Source: a bacterium (GTDB lineage Bacteria > Patescibacteriota > Microgenomatia > Daviesbacterales > UBA10151). Taken from it: a DNA stretch of 64,000 nt. Made by a program: the position numbers and the translations under genes. Under the pieces are notes generated by a model. It was not told where the DNA came from, made no database searches, and worked only from the letters and a program-made list of their open reading frames with translations. Where the stretch lies: NCBI GenBank assembly GCA_021786105.1, contig JAJYNW010000010.1:26301-90300 (forward strand), given 5' to 3'. Of the stretch, positions 47,897 to 58,199 are shown in pieces (the first letter of the stretch is position 1; every line of letters begins with the position of its first letter).

Positions 47897-48829
47897 TTAA
47901 AAAGAGATTAGCTTAATTAAGTTAGCTAGCAGGGATTGTTCTTGCGTTACTAAGTTACCTGATTCCGCTGAAACAAAAGCTGTGACCGGCGTGGAAATAG
48001 GTATAAACCCTAATACTTTATATTCTTTCTCACCATTTACTTTATAGACTACCGTTTGATCTTTTACCTCCAGTTTAATTGTTCCGTTGATATTTCCAAG
48101 TTTCGCAGATGGAGAGGCATTTGCTATTTGCCCTTGAATTTTGTTGATGATATTGGCGGAAAGAAGTGTTTGGATTGCTTGGTCAGGCAAAACTGTAACA
48201 GCTTTTTGACCGTTTGGCGTGGTCACGGTTAGTTGTCGGGTAGCGATATCAACTGATAAGGGAAAATCTATTTCGGCCTTGATATTATTTTTGGTAATTA
48301 CTGGTTTACCGCTCTCCGTGGAGATTTTAATGCCTTCATTTTCCAACTTATTATCAATATCTTCTTGAGCTTTTTCCATTCCATCATCTTTTAATTCCAC
48401 TTTTTTTCCATTCTTGTTTTCAGCGTCTATCTTAACTTGTCCGTTTTCTGATTCATATTTCAGTTTCAGCTTATCTTGTTCAATCTCTATCTTAGTTGCG
48501 CCATTATCCTCAACTTTGGTTTTTATTTTTTGGCCACTTAATGTTTCTGTTTCTGTTTCACTCTTTTGATTTGATTCTTTTTGTTGCTCCTGTTGTTTTT
48601 GTTGGGTTTCTTGCTGTTGTTCGGAGATTTTTTTAGCTGTTTCTTGGGCTTGTTCATTATTCTTATCTGTGTCTTCGCCTAGAACATATTGGGAGGTAGA
48701 AGTAGGGAATTGTTGTGTAGTAGTAATATTGGCTGAGGCAATAAGGCCTGTGGCCACTAAAACAGCTATTAAAAGCAGGATATGGCTAAATCCTTCTTCG
48801 TTTGAACAGTGGAGCGGTGATTTAGACAT
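47897..48829 (-). CDS. hypothetical secreted/membrane-anchored protein with a Q/E/K-rich segment
   Basis: N-terminal hydrophobic anchor (ILLLIAVLVATGLIA). No family recognized. Confidence 0.4.
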   Translation of the reverse strand: MSKSPLHCSNEEGFSHILLLIAVLVATGLIASANITTTQQFPTSTSQYVLGEDTDKNNEQAQETAKKISEQQQETQQKQQEQQKESNQKSETETETLSGQKIKTKVEDNGATKIEIEQDKLKLKYESENGQVKIDAENKNGKKVELKDDGMEKAQEDIDNKLENEGIKISTESGKPVITKNNIKAEIDFPLSVDIATRQLTVTTPNGQKAVTVLPDQAIQTLLSANIINKIQGQIANASPSAKLGNINGTIKLEVKDQTVVYKVNGEKEYKVLGFIPISTPVTAFVSAESGNLVTQEQSLLANLIKLISF

Positions 48830-48916
48830 TAAAATAACATTAAAGTATTGGCCAATATTTGTCAATTGATTAATGCTAATTTGACAAGACAGCTTGGCAG
48901 TGGGATAGTAAAATTA

Positions 48917-50041
48917 ATGAATCAAAAAGGCCTTGCCCCTATCTTTTTGATAGTTGCTGTTTTGGTTGTATCTGTAGTAGCTTTTTTGGGTTTATCAAAG
49001 TTTAATGGACAAAGATTTGGTCCCCCTCAAAACAATCCAGGTTGGGGCCAAAAGCCTGGAGGGGCCCAAGATTTTGGCGGGCCTCCTTCTACCATTCAAA
49101 AGCAGCGTTGGAACGGCCCAATTCCAAATCCTCCCAAAAATAAAATTACCTATTATAAAGGGCTTTGGGGAGCTGGCTGGTTTTATCCTGAAGAATTTAC
49201 TGGTTTAAAATTTGATCCCCAAAAATATGAAAAATGGGGAGTAAACATTGTTATGCTTCAGCCTGGTTTTGAGATCAACAGTAATGGTGATGTGCGATAT
49301 CCTCCTGACTTTCCCACCTATGTAGATATGGATGCCAGGATTGGGGAGCTAGCAACAAAGTTTTATCAGGCAAATGTACATATAGGCTTAACTCTGATTC
49401 TTACTTATAAAAAGGAATTTTCAAATGGAGGACAAGGAGATATGTGGGCCGGAGAACCGCAACCTTTTCCCAAGGAAATTGTGGAAAAACCCGGCTACTT
49501 TGATAAATTTAACAAGGTGGTTGAGGATATGGCTAAGATTGCCGAAAAATACCATGTTTATATGTTTGCTCCCATGGGAGAAGCGGATGGAATTTTTGGT
49601 ATGAAGGTGGCACCCTTCCTGACCCAGCAAATGGTACCTTTGGTCAGAAAATATTATACAGGCAAGCTGTATTATAAAGGGGATTTACATAATGGCGAGG
49701 GAGATAAGATGAATTTTAAAGGTTATGATGTATTAGGATTTGTCATAGGTCCTTCTGACCGTATTACTAATACAGAAGACTTAAGAAAGTTTTTTGATTC
49801 TAGTATGGACAGGGCTGTAGCTTGGGCAAAACGCGACAATATTCCGGAGGTGGTCGTTTCCGAACATGGATATATAGGGAATAATCAAATGGCATCCGCA
49901 GAAAATATCGGGTTAGCCTTAGAAGAAGGCAATAAAAAATTAAATGGCGTATTTTTGACAGAACCAATCCCTGATGTTTTTAAAACAGCCCAAGGGGATG
50001 AAATAGTAGAGCAAATGAAAAAGTGGTTTTTAGCCAACTAA
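48917..50041 (+). CDS. hypothetical secreted protein, possibly a TIM-barrel glycoside hydrolase (GH5-like)
   Basis: Signal anchor present. Motifs resembling GH5 acid/base and nucleophile (PMGEA, SEHGYIG). Weak. Confidence 0.35.
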   Translation: MNQKGLAPIFLIVAVLVVSVVAFLGLSKFNGQRFGPPQNNPGWGQKPGGAQDFGGPPSTIQKQRWNGPIPNPPKNKITYYKGLWGAGWFYPEEFTGLKFDPQKYEKWGVNIVMLQPGFEINSNGDVRYPPDFPTYVDMDARIGELATKFYQANVHIGLTLILTYKKEFSNGGQGDMWAGEPQPFPKEIVEKPGYFDKFNKVVEDMAKIAEKYHVYMFAPMGEADGIFGMKVAPFLTQQMVPLVRKYYTGKLYYKGDLHNGEGDKMNFKGYDVLGFVIGPSDRITNTEDLRKFFDSSMDRAVAWAKRDNIPEVVVSEHGYIGNNQMASAENIGLALEEGNKKLNGVFLTEPIPDVFKTAQGDEIVEQMKKWFLAN

Positions 50042-50116
50042 CTTATTAATTTCCCTCGGTACACTTTTGGCTTATTGTTGTATAATAGCTCATTCAAACT
50101 AAAGGGAGGTGAGGAG

Positions 50117-50263
50117 ATGTTAAATCGAAGAGTAATTATTCCGGTAGTGGCAGCTGCGGTCGTTACAGCAACTATTATTTTCGGTATTACCCATTCAAGA
50201 GTCAAAAATAGTCATCTGTTGTCTGGACTAGTTGGTATGGTAACTCAGCAGTATCATAAATAG
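50117..50263 (+). CDS. small membrane protein (48 aa)
   Basis: Strong SD GGGAGGTGAGGAG before the ATG, one TM helix and a TATAAT 40 nt upstream. Confidence 0.35.
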   Translation: MLNRRVIIPVVAAAVVTATIIFGITHSRVKNSHLLSGLVGMVTQQYHK

Positions 50264-50299
50264 TAACCGGTTTGGTATGATGGATAATAAAACTAACGG

Positions 50300-51232
50300 A
50301 TGAGTAGAAAATACCACAAAGTCACCCTCTTCCTGCCAATTGCCTATTTTGTAATTGTCAGCATCTTTTTAATCCGGCATGGAACTTGGCTTTCTCCTGA
50401 CCTTTTTTTCTTAGTTGCGCTTTTTATTACTCTCATTCTGGGCAGAACTAAGCAATTTATACATGATTGGTCTATCCCGATATTACTTTTGCTTAGTTAT
50501 GATTATCTTCGGGGGTTGGCGCCAAAGCTGACGCAGGCGGCCAATATTTATCCGATGATTAATTTCGACAAAGCGCTTTTTGGAAGCCTGCCGACAAATA
50601 GCTTGCAAAGTGCATTATTTTCTGACGGTTTAGTTCACTGGTATGACTATTTAGGAACGGCTTTATATATGTCGCATTTTATAGCCCCCATGATAATCGG
50701 TTTCATTTTTTGGTTAAAAGATAAAGAATACTTTCGCCGATTTTTTCTGGCGTTACTGCTACTTTCCTATGCTGCTTTTTTTACTTATGTAATTTTTCCG
50801 GCCACGCCGCCCTGGATGGCAGCTCAGCAAGGATTAATTCCGCCGGTTCACAAGGTGATGGATCAGGTGTTTGTTAATCTTCCGCATTCAATTAATCTGC
50901 CTTCAGTTTATAAATTTATCGGCGTTAATTTGGTAGCTGCAGTTCCCTCGCTTCATGCAGCTTATCCGTTTCTTATTCTGCTCTTTTTAGTCCGGAAATA
51001 TAAAGCTAAAGGGTTGTTATTCTTGCCGTATATGCTAGGCGTTTGGTTTTCAATTGTCTATTTTGGGGAACATTATGTTTTTGATATTGTAGTAGGGGTT
51101 ATATATGCCGTAGTAATTTTTAGTTTAGTAATAAATGCAGAAAAACTTTGGCAAAGATTGATGATGCCATTTTACAAAATTAATTTCAGGTATAATGAGA
51201 AAATATGGAATTTGATCCGGAGAAGGATTTAG
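50300..51232 (+). CDS. PAP2-superfamily integral membrane protein
   Basis: PSLH and GEHYVFD motifs in the PAP2 arrangement, with multiple TM helices. Confidence 0.45.
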   Translation: MSRKYHKVTLFLPIAYFVIVSIFLIRHGTWLSPDLFFLVALFITLILGRTKQFIHDWSIPILLLLSYDYLRGLAPKLTQAANIYPMINFDKALFGSLPTNSLQSALFSDGLVHWYDYLGTALYMSHFIAPMIIGFIFWLKDKEYFRRFFLALLLLSYAAFFTYVIFPATPPWMAAQQGLIPPVHKVMDQVFVNLPHSINLPSVYKFIGVNLVAAVPSLHAAYPFLILLFLVRKYKAKGLLFLPYMLGVWFSIVYFGEHYVFDIVVGVIYAVVIFSLVINAEKLWQRLMMPFYKINFRYNEKIWNLIRRRI

Positions 51233-52104
51233 AAATCTTCAGGCCAGTATTTGGTAAACGGCCGGAAGTGTCCAAAGAAGTTTTGAAGCAGGATTTGAAC
51301 AGATATTATCTGCCGTACATTCAAAAGTTAATTGAGGTCAAACAAAAAAAAGGCAATTCAATTGGTTTGATCGTTGGTGTTTCTGCCATCCAGGGTACCG
51401 GTAAAACTACCCAAGGCGAGATTTTGGAAATTTTACTTAAGCACCTGGGCCATTCTTCAATTTCTTTATCGATTGATGATCATTACCTGACTCATGCCGA
51501 ATTAAATGAACTTCGCCAAAAAGACCCCCGTTATATTAGACGCGGTGTTACTCATGATATTACTTTAGCCATCCAAAACTTAAAGGACCTGCAAGTTATG
51601 CAGAATGGAATGGAAGTAAAGATACCAATATATGACAAAGGGGCAGAGAGCGGAGATGGGGACAGGGTGGGTTGGAAAAGTGTTACCCAAAAACCGGATT
51701 TTATTTTTTATGACGGCTGGATGCTGGGGGCCAGGCGGGTGGAAGATGAATCAGTATTTGAGAGTGGTTTACCTGCTTTAGATACTCCGGAGCATATCCA
51801 GTTTGCCAAAGATATTAATAAAAAGTTGGATGAATATTTGTCTTTGTGGGATTTGATTGAATTTATGAATGTTTTATATGTGCCGAATTATCAAATTTCT
51901 TTAGAATGGAGGGATCAGGCTGAAGAGGTGTTGCGAAAGCAGGGAAAGGGTATGAGCAAAGAGGAAATCCGGGAATTTGTTTACTATTTTTGGCGGTCTG
52001 TCCACCCTGCCATCCAGATTAAAAATTTAGCTCATGATTCTGCCCATGCCCAGCAAGTCACTGTTATCAATGATGACCATTCGATAAAAGAGGTTCGGAA
52101 TTGA
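51205..52104 (+). CDS. P-loop kinase resembling D-glycerate 3-kinase (GLYK family)
   Basis: P-loop GVSAIQGTGKTT followed by LSIDDHYLT, as in plant/yeast-type glycerate kinases. Confidence 0.45.
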   Translation: MEFDPEKDLEIFRPVFGKRPEVSKEVLKQDLNRYYLPYIQKLIEVKQKKGNSIGLIVGVSAIQGTGKTTQGEILEILLKHLGHSSISLSIDDHYLTHAELNELRQKDPRYIRRGVTHDITLAIQNLKDLQVMQNGMEVKIPIYDKGAESGDGDRVGWKSVTQKPDFIFYDGWMLGARRVEDESVFESGLPALDTPEHIQFAKDINKKLDEYLSLWDLIEFMNVLYVPNYQISLEWRDQAEEVLRKQGKGMSKEEIREFVYYFWRSVHPAIQIKNLAHDSAHAQQVTVINDDHSIKEVRN

Positions 52105-52879
52105 TGAATAAACTTTTTTCCTCAGAAAACAACAAACTTATCTTTATCCTGGTTACCATGTTTTTAAACTTTCTGGGGTTTAGCATTCTTTTTCCCATCC
52201 TGCCGTTTATGGTGGAACAATATGTCCCAAATCCACACGAAATTGCTTTATATGTCGGATTACTTTTGTCTGTATATGCCTTTTGCCAATTTTTTGCTGC
52301 ACCGGGTTTAGGGGCGCTAAGCGACAGATTCGGCAGAAAGCCAATTCTTTTGATTAGTTTATTTGGTTCAGCCATCGGTTATATTTTGTTGGGGATAGGC
52401 GGAGCATTGTGGGTATTATTTTTAGGCCGGATTATTGATGGGTTAACGGGCGGGAATATCAGCACTATTTTTCCCAGGGGTTTTTAATCAATAAATTATT
52501 GCCAAAACTCGGTGAAATAAGAGTGGCGATATTGGGATTAGTGTTGACTTTTGTTGGATTTGTAATTGTAGCATCAACTGCTTTTTTTGCTTCTGTAATC
52601 TTGATTTATTTGGGTTTAATTATTCTCAATATCGGTGATGGTTTGTTTGAACCGGCAGAGGCTAGTTTAATTTCTGCCGCAGTCGGTCCCCAGATGCAGG
52701 GTAGGGTTTCGGGAGCAAATCAGGGCATGCAGTCAGTTGCCAGGATCATTGGTCCGTTTTTTGCCGCCTACATTTACCGTTACTTTAGGGGTTTGCCCTA
52801 TATGTCGGAAGCAGTGCTGGTGAGCTTATCTTTATTGGTATTTATTTTTTCTTTCTCCGTAATTCGAAGGAAAGCTTAA
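52101..52879 (+). pseudogene. degraded MFS transporter gene (N-terminal TM1-4 fragment plus C-terminal fragment, ~150 codons missing)
   Basis: Fragment 1 has the MFS motif GRIIDGLTGGNIS and then a stop. Fragment 2 resumes with distal TM helices. Together they give 254 aa against the ~400 aa expected. Confidence 0.5.
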
Positions 52880-52937
52880 AGAAAACAAAAACAATACTTT
52901 ATTAATTGAAATAAATTAGGCTACAATAAGATTAGGT

Positions 52938-55310
52938 ATGTCTGAGGGTTACATCAAACACTTTGAAGAGATTGATATTGGTGATGTTCCTGAGGTGGGA
53001 GGGAAAAATGCTTCTTTAGGGGAAATGATTCAGAGCTTTAAGGGGACGGATATTAATATTCCGGGCGGATTTGTGGTTACAGCGACTGCTTATAAACACT
53101 TCTTGTCGCAAACCGGACTCGCTGATTATATTAAAGAACAACTAAAGGACTTAAATACCAAGAATTTAGAAAACCTGCAAAACCGGGGCAAAAATATCCG
53201 GGAAAAAATTAAAAGTACTAATTTACCGGAAGATTTAAAACAAGCCATCAAAGTTGCTTTCGAAAAAGCTGAAAAACAGTACGGTAAGAATACTGCTTTT
53301 GCGGTTCGGTCATCTGCTACGGCTGAAGATTTGCCGGAAGCTTCCTTTGCCGGAGAGCAGGAAACCTTCTTAAATATTAGGGGGGTGGAAAATATTATGG
53401 AAGGGATTCGGGCTTGTATGGCTTCTTTGTTTACGGACCGGGCAATTTCCTACCGGGTTGATAAGGGGTTTGATCATCTGAAGGTTTATTTATCGGTTGG
53501 GGTGCAAAAAATGGTCCGTTCGGATTTGGCTTGTTCCGGAGTGATGTTTACGCTTGATACTGAAACAGGTTTTCCTAATGTGGTTTTGATCAATGGTTCC
53601 TGGGGGTTGGGGGAAATGATTGTTCAAGGGGAAGTTATCCCAGATGAGTTTTTGGTCTTTAAAAAAACCTCCTCCATCATCGAGAAAAAGCTGGGAACCA
53701 AAATGAGAAAGATGGTTTATGGCCAGGACAGGCCGACTAAAATAGTGGAAACTTCGGATAAAGAAAAAGAATCATTTACTTTAACCGATGCGGAAATTTT
53801 AAAGTTGGCTAGTTGGGGGATGAAAATTGAAGAGCATTACAGCAAGAAAAAAGGCAAATGGACGCCAATGGATACCGAGTGGGCTAAAGACGGAGTGGAC
53901 AGCAAGCTTTACATGATTCAGGCCAGGCCGGAAACAGTGCATGCGGTTAGGGATTTTTCGAAAATCCGCGAATATGTGTTAATAGGTAGCGGTGAAAAAA
54001 TAGTCAGCGGGTCATCAGTTGGTAATAAAATAGCCAGTGGCCAAGCCAAAGTTATTTTGGATCCCAAAGATATTGAGTCGTTTAAAGAGGGGGAGGTGTT
54101 GGTAACAAAGATGACTGACCCCGATTGGGAGCCGATTATGAAAATTGCCTCAGCGATTGTGACTGATCAAGGCGGACGGACTTCTCATGCGGCGATAGTT
54201 TCCCGGGAGTTGGGGATTCCGGCAGTTGTTGGCTGTGTTCACGCTACAACGAAAATCAAAAGCGGTGAGGAGATTACAGTTGATTGTTCCGGTACTGAAG
54301 GAGTAGTTTATCAAGGGAAATTGCATTTTAAGGTGGTGGAGCACGATGCCTCAAAAATTCCGGAAACTAAAACTCATATTATGATTAACATTGCTACTCC
54401 GGAAACCGCTTTTGAAAAATCCTTTCTGCCCAATAAAGGAGTGGGGCTGGCCCGTGAAGAATTTATTATTGCGTCTAATATCGGCATTCATCCGCTAACT
54501 TTAATTAATTATGAGAAACTGCCGCCAAAAGTTAAAGCTGCAGTTAATAAAAAAACTGAAGGATATCCTGATAAGAAAAAATTTTATGTTGAAAAACTGG
54601 CTTACGGCATTGCCAAAATTTCCGCGAGTTTTTATCCCAACCCGGTGATTGTTCGTTTTTCTGATTTTAAAACTAATGAATACAGGTCTTTGTTAGGCGG
54701 ATATTTATTTGAACCGGTTGAAGAAAATCCGATGATTGGTTGGAGGGGGGCATCCCGCTATTATTCACCCGAGTTTGCCCGAGCTTTCGTTTTGGAAATT
54801 GGAGCGATCAAAAAGGTGATCGGGGAAATGGGTTTAAATAATACCATGGTGATGGTGCCGTTTTGTCGGACTGCGGAAGAAGGTAGAAAAGTTATCAAAT
54901 TAATGGAAGACAATGGTTTGACTAAGAATAAGTTCCCCAAACTTAAAGTTTATGTAATGTGTGAGATTCCGGCCAACGTAATACTGGCTGATAAATTTTT
55001 GGATGTGTTTGACGGGATGAGTATCGGCAGCAATGATTTGACTCAACTAACTTTAGGAATTGACCGGGACGGTAATGAAAAAATTAAAGGTATTGCCAAT
55101 GAAAATGATGAAAGTGTAAAAGGTTTGATTACTCAAGTAATAAAAAAATGTAAAGCCCGGGGCAAATACATTGGCATTTGCGGTCAAGCGCCATCTGATT
55201 ACCCTGATTTTGTGGAATTTTTAGTCAAAGCCGGTATTGACAGTATTTCCTTAAACCCTGATACTCTTATCCAAACTACTCTCGCTGTCCACAAATTAGA
55301 ACGAAGTTGA
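52938..55310 (+). CDS. ppsA: phosphoenolpyruvate synthase (pyruvate, water dikinase)
   Basis: 790 aa with an ATP-grasp N-terminus, phosphohistidine motif GGRTSHAAIVSRELGIP and a PEP-utilizing C-terminus. Confidence 0.9.
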   Translation: MSEGYIKHFEEIDIGDVPEVGGKNASLGEMIQSFKGTDINIPGGFVVTATAYKHFLSQTGLADYIKEQLKDLNTKNLENLQNRGKNIREKIKSTNLPEDLKQAIKVAFEKAEKQYGKNTAFAVRSSATAEDLPEASFAGEQETFLNIRGVENIMEGIRACMASLFTDRAISYRVDKGFDHLKVYLSVGVQKMVRSDLACSGVMFTLDTETGFPNVVLINGSWGLGEMIVQGEVIPDEFLVFKKTSSIIEKKLGTKMRKMVYGQDRPTKIVETSDKEKESFTLTDAEILKLASWGMKIEEHYSKKKGKWTPMDTEWAKDGVDSKLYMIQARPETVHAVRDFSKIREYVLIGSGEKIVSGSSVGNKIASGQAKVILDPKDIESFKEGEVLVTKMTDPDWEPIMKIASAIVTDQGGRTSHAAIVSRELGIPAVVGCVHATTKIKSGEEITVDCSGTEGVVYQGKLHFKVVEHDASKIPETKTHIMINIATPETAFEKSFLPNKGVGLAREEFIIASNIGIHPLTLINYEKLPPKVKAAVNKKTEGYPDKKKFYVEKLAYGIAKISASFYPNPVIVRFSDFKTNEYRSLLGGYLFEPVEENPMIGWRGASRYYSPEFARAFVLEIGAIKKVIGEMGLNNTMVMVPFCRTAEEGRKVIKLMEDNGLTKNKFPKLKVYVMCEIPANVILADKFLDVFDGMSIGSNDLTQLTLGIDRDGNEKIKGIANENDESVKGLITQVIKKCKARGKYIGICGQAPSDYPDFVEFLVKAGIDSISLNPDTLIQTTLAVHKLERS

Positions 55311-55311
55311 G

Positions 55312-56493
55312 ATGAAGATTGGTCAAGTTAATCTAAAGATAATAAACGACTCCCGTAAAGAGCCAACGCTGGAAGCGGAATTGGTGGTGGATGGAGTACA
55401 GGGTGCTGCCAGTGTACCATCAGGCAAAAGCAAAGGTTCTAATGAGGTATTTGTTTTAGATCCTCAAGCAGTCATCCAAAAATTGGATGAGATAAAACCT
55501 AAGTTAATTCGGGATTTTAATTCATTGGAAGAATTTGACCAATTTTTGATTCAATTGGATGGAACTCCAAAGAAAGAAAATTTAGGTGGTAATTTAATTT
55601 TAGCCCTAAGTATTGCTTTTGTTAGGGCTTGGGCTAAACTGCAAAATCTGGAAACTTTTCAACTGATTTCCAAAATTTCTAAACAAGAGACAAAATTGCC
55701 CTTATGTTTTTTTAATTTAATAGAAGGCGGGGTGCATGCTGAAAACTCCTTGCCCTTTCAGGAATACTTATTTATTCCCCAAACAAATTCACCAAAGGAA
55801 AGTTTAAATATGGTTGGGGAATTTATTAAAGCATTGGCAGAATATGAACATGAAGAATTTGGCAAATTAAAAATGGGAGATGAGGGTGGATTTACTGTGC
55901 CTTCTAAAGATCCGGAAATTGGCCTAAGAATTTTGCAGGAAGTGATGGGCAAAATAACTGGAAATGCAAAATCGGGGCTTGATATTGCTGCTTCAACTTT
56001 TTTGGAAAATGATTCATATAATGTTAGCGGAAAGATTATGGATAGAGATGACTTAATCTCTTACTACCAGCTACTTGCTGTTAACTACCAACTACTTTCC
56101 ATAGAGGATCCTTTCGCGGAAAATGACTGGGAAGGGTTTGAAAAAATCATGACCAATTTAGGTGAAAAAGTTTGGATTGTGGGCGATGATTTAACAACAA
56201 CTAACGTAGAAAGTATTAAGCTGGCCTATGAGAGAAATGCTGTTAATGCCGTAATTATTAAACCCAATCAAATTGGTTCGGTAACAGAAGCGATCAATGC
56301 GGCAGTTTTGGCTAAAAGTTATGGTTGGAAAATTATTGTCTCTCATCGGTCCGGAGAAACTATGGATAATTTTATTGCCGATTTCGCAGCGGGGTTAGGG
56401 GCAGACGGATTAAAATCCGGCTGCCCTTTACAGCAGGAAAGGTTAGTTAAATATCGAAGACTGGAGGAGATTGAAAAAATATGGCGTATCTAA
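55312..56493 (+). CDS. eno: enolase (divergent)
   Basis: C-terminal IIKPNQIGSVTEA...SHRSGET enolase signature and an N-terminal domain. Confidence 0.8.
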   Translation: MKIGQVNLKIINDSRKEPTLEAELVVDGVQGAASVPSGKSKGSNEVFVLDPQAVIQKLDEIKPKLIRDFNSLEEFDQFLIQLDGTPKKENLGGNLILALSIAFVRAWAKLQNLETFQLISKISKQETKLPLCFFNLIEGGVHAENSLPFQEYLFIPQTNSPKESLNMVGEFIKALAEYEHEEFGKLKMGDEGGFTVPSKDPEIGLRILQEVMGKITGNAKSGLDIAASTFLENDSYNVSGKIMDRDDLISYYQLLAVNYQLLSIEDPFAENDWEGFEKIMTNLGEKVWIVGDDLTTTNVESIKLAYERNAVNAVIIKPNQIGSVTEAINAAVLAKSYGWKIIVSHRSGETMDNFIADFAAGLGADGLKSGCPLQQERLVKYRRLEEIEKIWRI

Positions 56494-57089
56494 TTTTGGC
56501 AAGACATGGAATAACTGAGTGGAATGCAGCTGGTAAGTGGCAAGGATTAACGGATATTCCCTTAAGCGAAGAAGGCAAAAGGCAGGCCAAAGAAATGGCA
56601 GGGTCTTTAAAAGGAATAAGAATTGATTTAGTTTATACCTCTGAGCTTAGCAGGGTTAAGCAGACCTCTGAAGAGATTTGTAATAGTTTAGGTTTGATTT
56701 GTCCGGTTGCAGCCAATCCGGCTTTAAATGAACGGGATTATGGAATATATACGGGTAAGAATAAATGGGAGATGGAAAATGAATTGGGACAGGAAAGGTT
56801 TACCCGCTTAAGGAGAGGTTGGGATTTTCCGGTGCCGGAGGGTGAAACCTTAAAGGATGTTTATAACAGGGTAGTGCCTTTTTACAGGGAAAAAATCTTG
56901 CCGGATTTACAAAAAGGCAAAAATGTTTTAGCGGTGGCGCATGGAAATTCTTTGCGGGCATTGGTTAAATTTCTGGAAAATATTTCCGATGAAAATATTG
57001 CTAAACTGGAAATCCCGATCGGCCAAATTTTAGTTTATTCAGTTGATAATAGTGGGAAAATTATTGATAAACAGATTTTAAACTCCTGA
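56481..57089 (+). CDS. gpm: phosphoglycerate mutase family (histidine phosphatase)
   Basis: LILARHGITEWN (RHG motif). Placed after ppsA-eno. Confidence 0.75.
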   Translation: MAYLILARHGITEWNAAGKWQGLTDIPLSEEGKRQAKEMAGSLKGIRIDLVYTSELSRVKQTSEEICNSLGLICPVAANPALNERDYGIYTGKNKWEMENELGQERFTRLRRGWDFPVPEGETLKDVYNRVVPFYREKILPDLQKGKNVLAVAHGNSLRALVKFLENISDENIAKLEIPIGQILVYSVDNSGKIIDKQILNS

Positions 57090-58121
57090 CTACTTTAAAT
57101 ATTTATCAAAAAAAGATATTGCTTGTGACATGACCTGGGAAAGACTGGGAGTTAAGTTGTGATCAGCGCCGGGGTACTCAATATAATCAACATTTTTGCT
57201 GGAGCTTTTCAGTTTGCCACTCAATGATGAGGAAAAGTTGGGTGGCACCGTATCATCAGCAGAGCCTACTTGGATCTGAATAGGAGTTGTAATATCGGTA
57301 ATGAATTGGGTCGGATCAATTGCATTCCAAAAGGTCGGATTTTCTTTTGGCAAACCCCGCTCTTTGATTATTTGTTGGATAGCATAATATGTATCTAAAT
57401 CATTGCCCGTAATCGTTTGGGCGGCAAAGCGTTGGTTCCACCAATTTAAGATATCAGTTTCATTTCCCACCACCCCGGAAATAATTTCCGCCGCTTTAAA
57501 ATCATGGGTTACGACTAACTCATGCAAAGTAACATTGCCGCCCATCGAATGACCAAAAACGCCGATTTTATTAGGATCAGCATCAGGATATTTTTTTATT
57601 GATGCCAAGGCATTCATGCTGTCGGTGACATAGCTTGGTGAGATATAAGGCTGCTCAGGTTTTCCTTGTGAGGAGCCGTTGCCCCGGTAATCAGGCTTGA
57701 AAACAATATATCCGGCGCTGGCAAGCGGTTCAACCATAACTGCATAACTTTCAGCAGTGGAGTATTGTGCTGGCGGGATATAGCCATGGTTAAAAATGAT
57801 CACCGGCCAGCCGCCATTTGGTTTTTGTCCTTGGGGAACAGTTAAAAGGGCAAATTGTTTTAAGCCTTCTGATTGATAGGAAACTATATATTGATTGTAA
57901 ATCGCGCCGGGCGTCAAAGTTTGCTCGATGGTGATATTGCTGCCTGGATAGGATTTTTGTTGCATGGCAGCAATGGTCAGCGGAGACTGGTTGGTGACCG
58001 GGGCTGAGGGTGCGGAAGAAGGGGAAACTGTTGGGGACGGAGCGGGTTTTTTAAGCCGGAGGTATAGGCCTAGCCCTAAAAAGATGACGATCAACAAGGT
58101 TATTACGGCCGCTAGTTTCAT
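57090..58121 (-). CDS. secreted alpha/beta hydrolase (dienelactone hydrolase / S9-like)
   Basis: Signal anchor, GHSMGG nucleophile elbow and a C-terminal D/H. Confidence 0.6.
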   Translation of the reverse strand: MKLAAVITLLIVIFLGLGLYLRLKKPAPSPTVSPSSAPSAPVTNQSPLTIAAMQQKSYPGSNITIEQTLTPGAIYNQYIVSYQSEGLKQFALLTVPQGQKPNGGWPVIIFNHGYIPPAQYSTAESYAVMVEPLASAGYIVFKPDYRGNGSSQGKPEQPYISPSYVTDSMNALASIKKYPDADPNKIGVFGHSMGGNVTLHELVVTHDFKAAEIISGVVGNETDILNWWNQRFAAQTITGNDLDTYYAIQQIIKERGLPKENPTFWNAIDPTQFITDITTPIQIQVGSADDTVPPNFSSSLSGKLKSSSKNVDYIEYPGADHNLTPSLSQVMSQAISFFDKYLK

Positions 58122-58199
58122 AGTCCAATTATTTCTTCCTTATTTATTACAGTGATTTTACCAAAAACTAGATAAATCTTTTGTAAGATTAAAAACACT

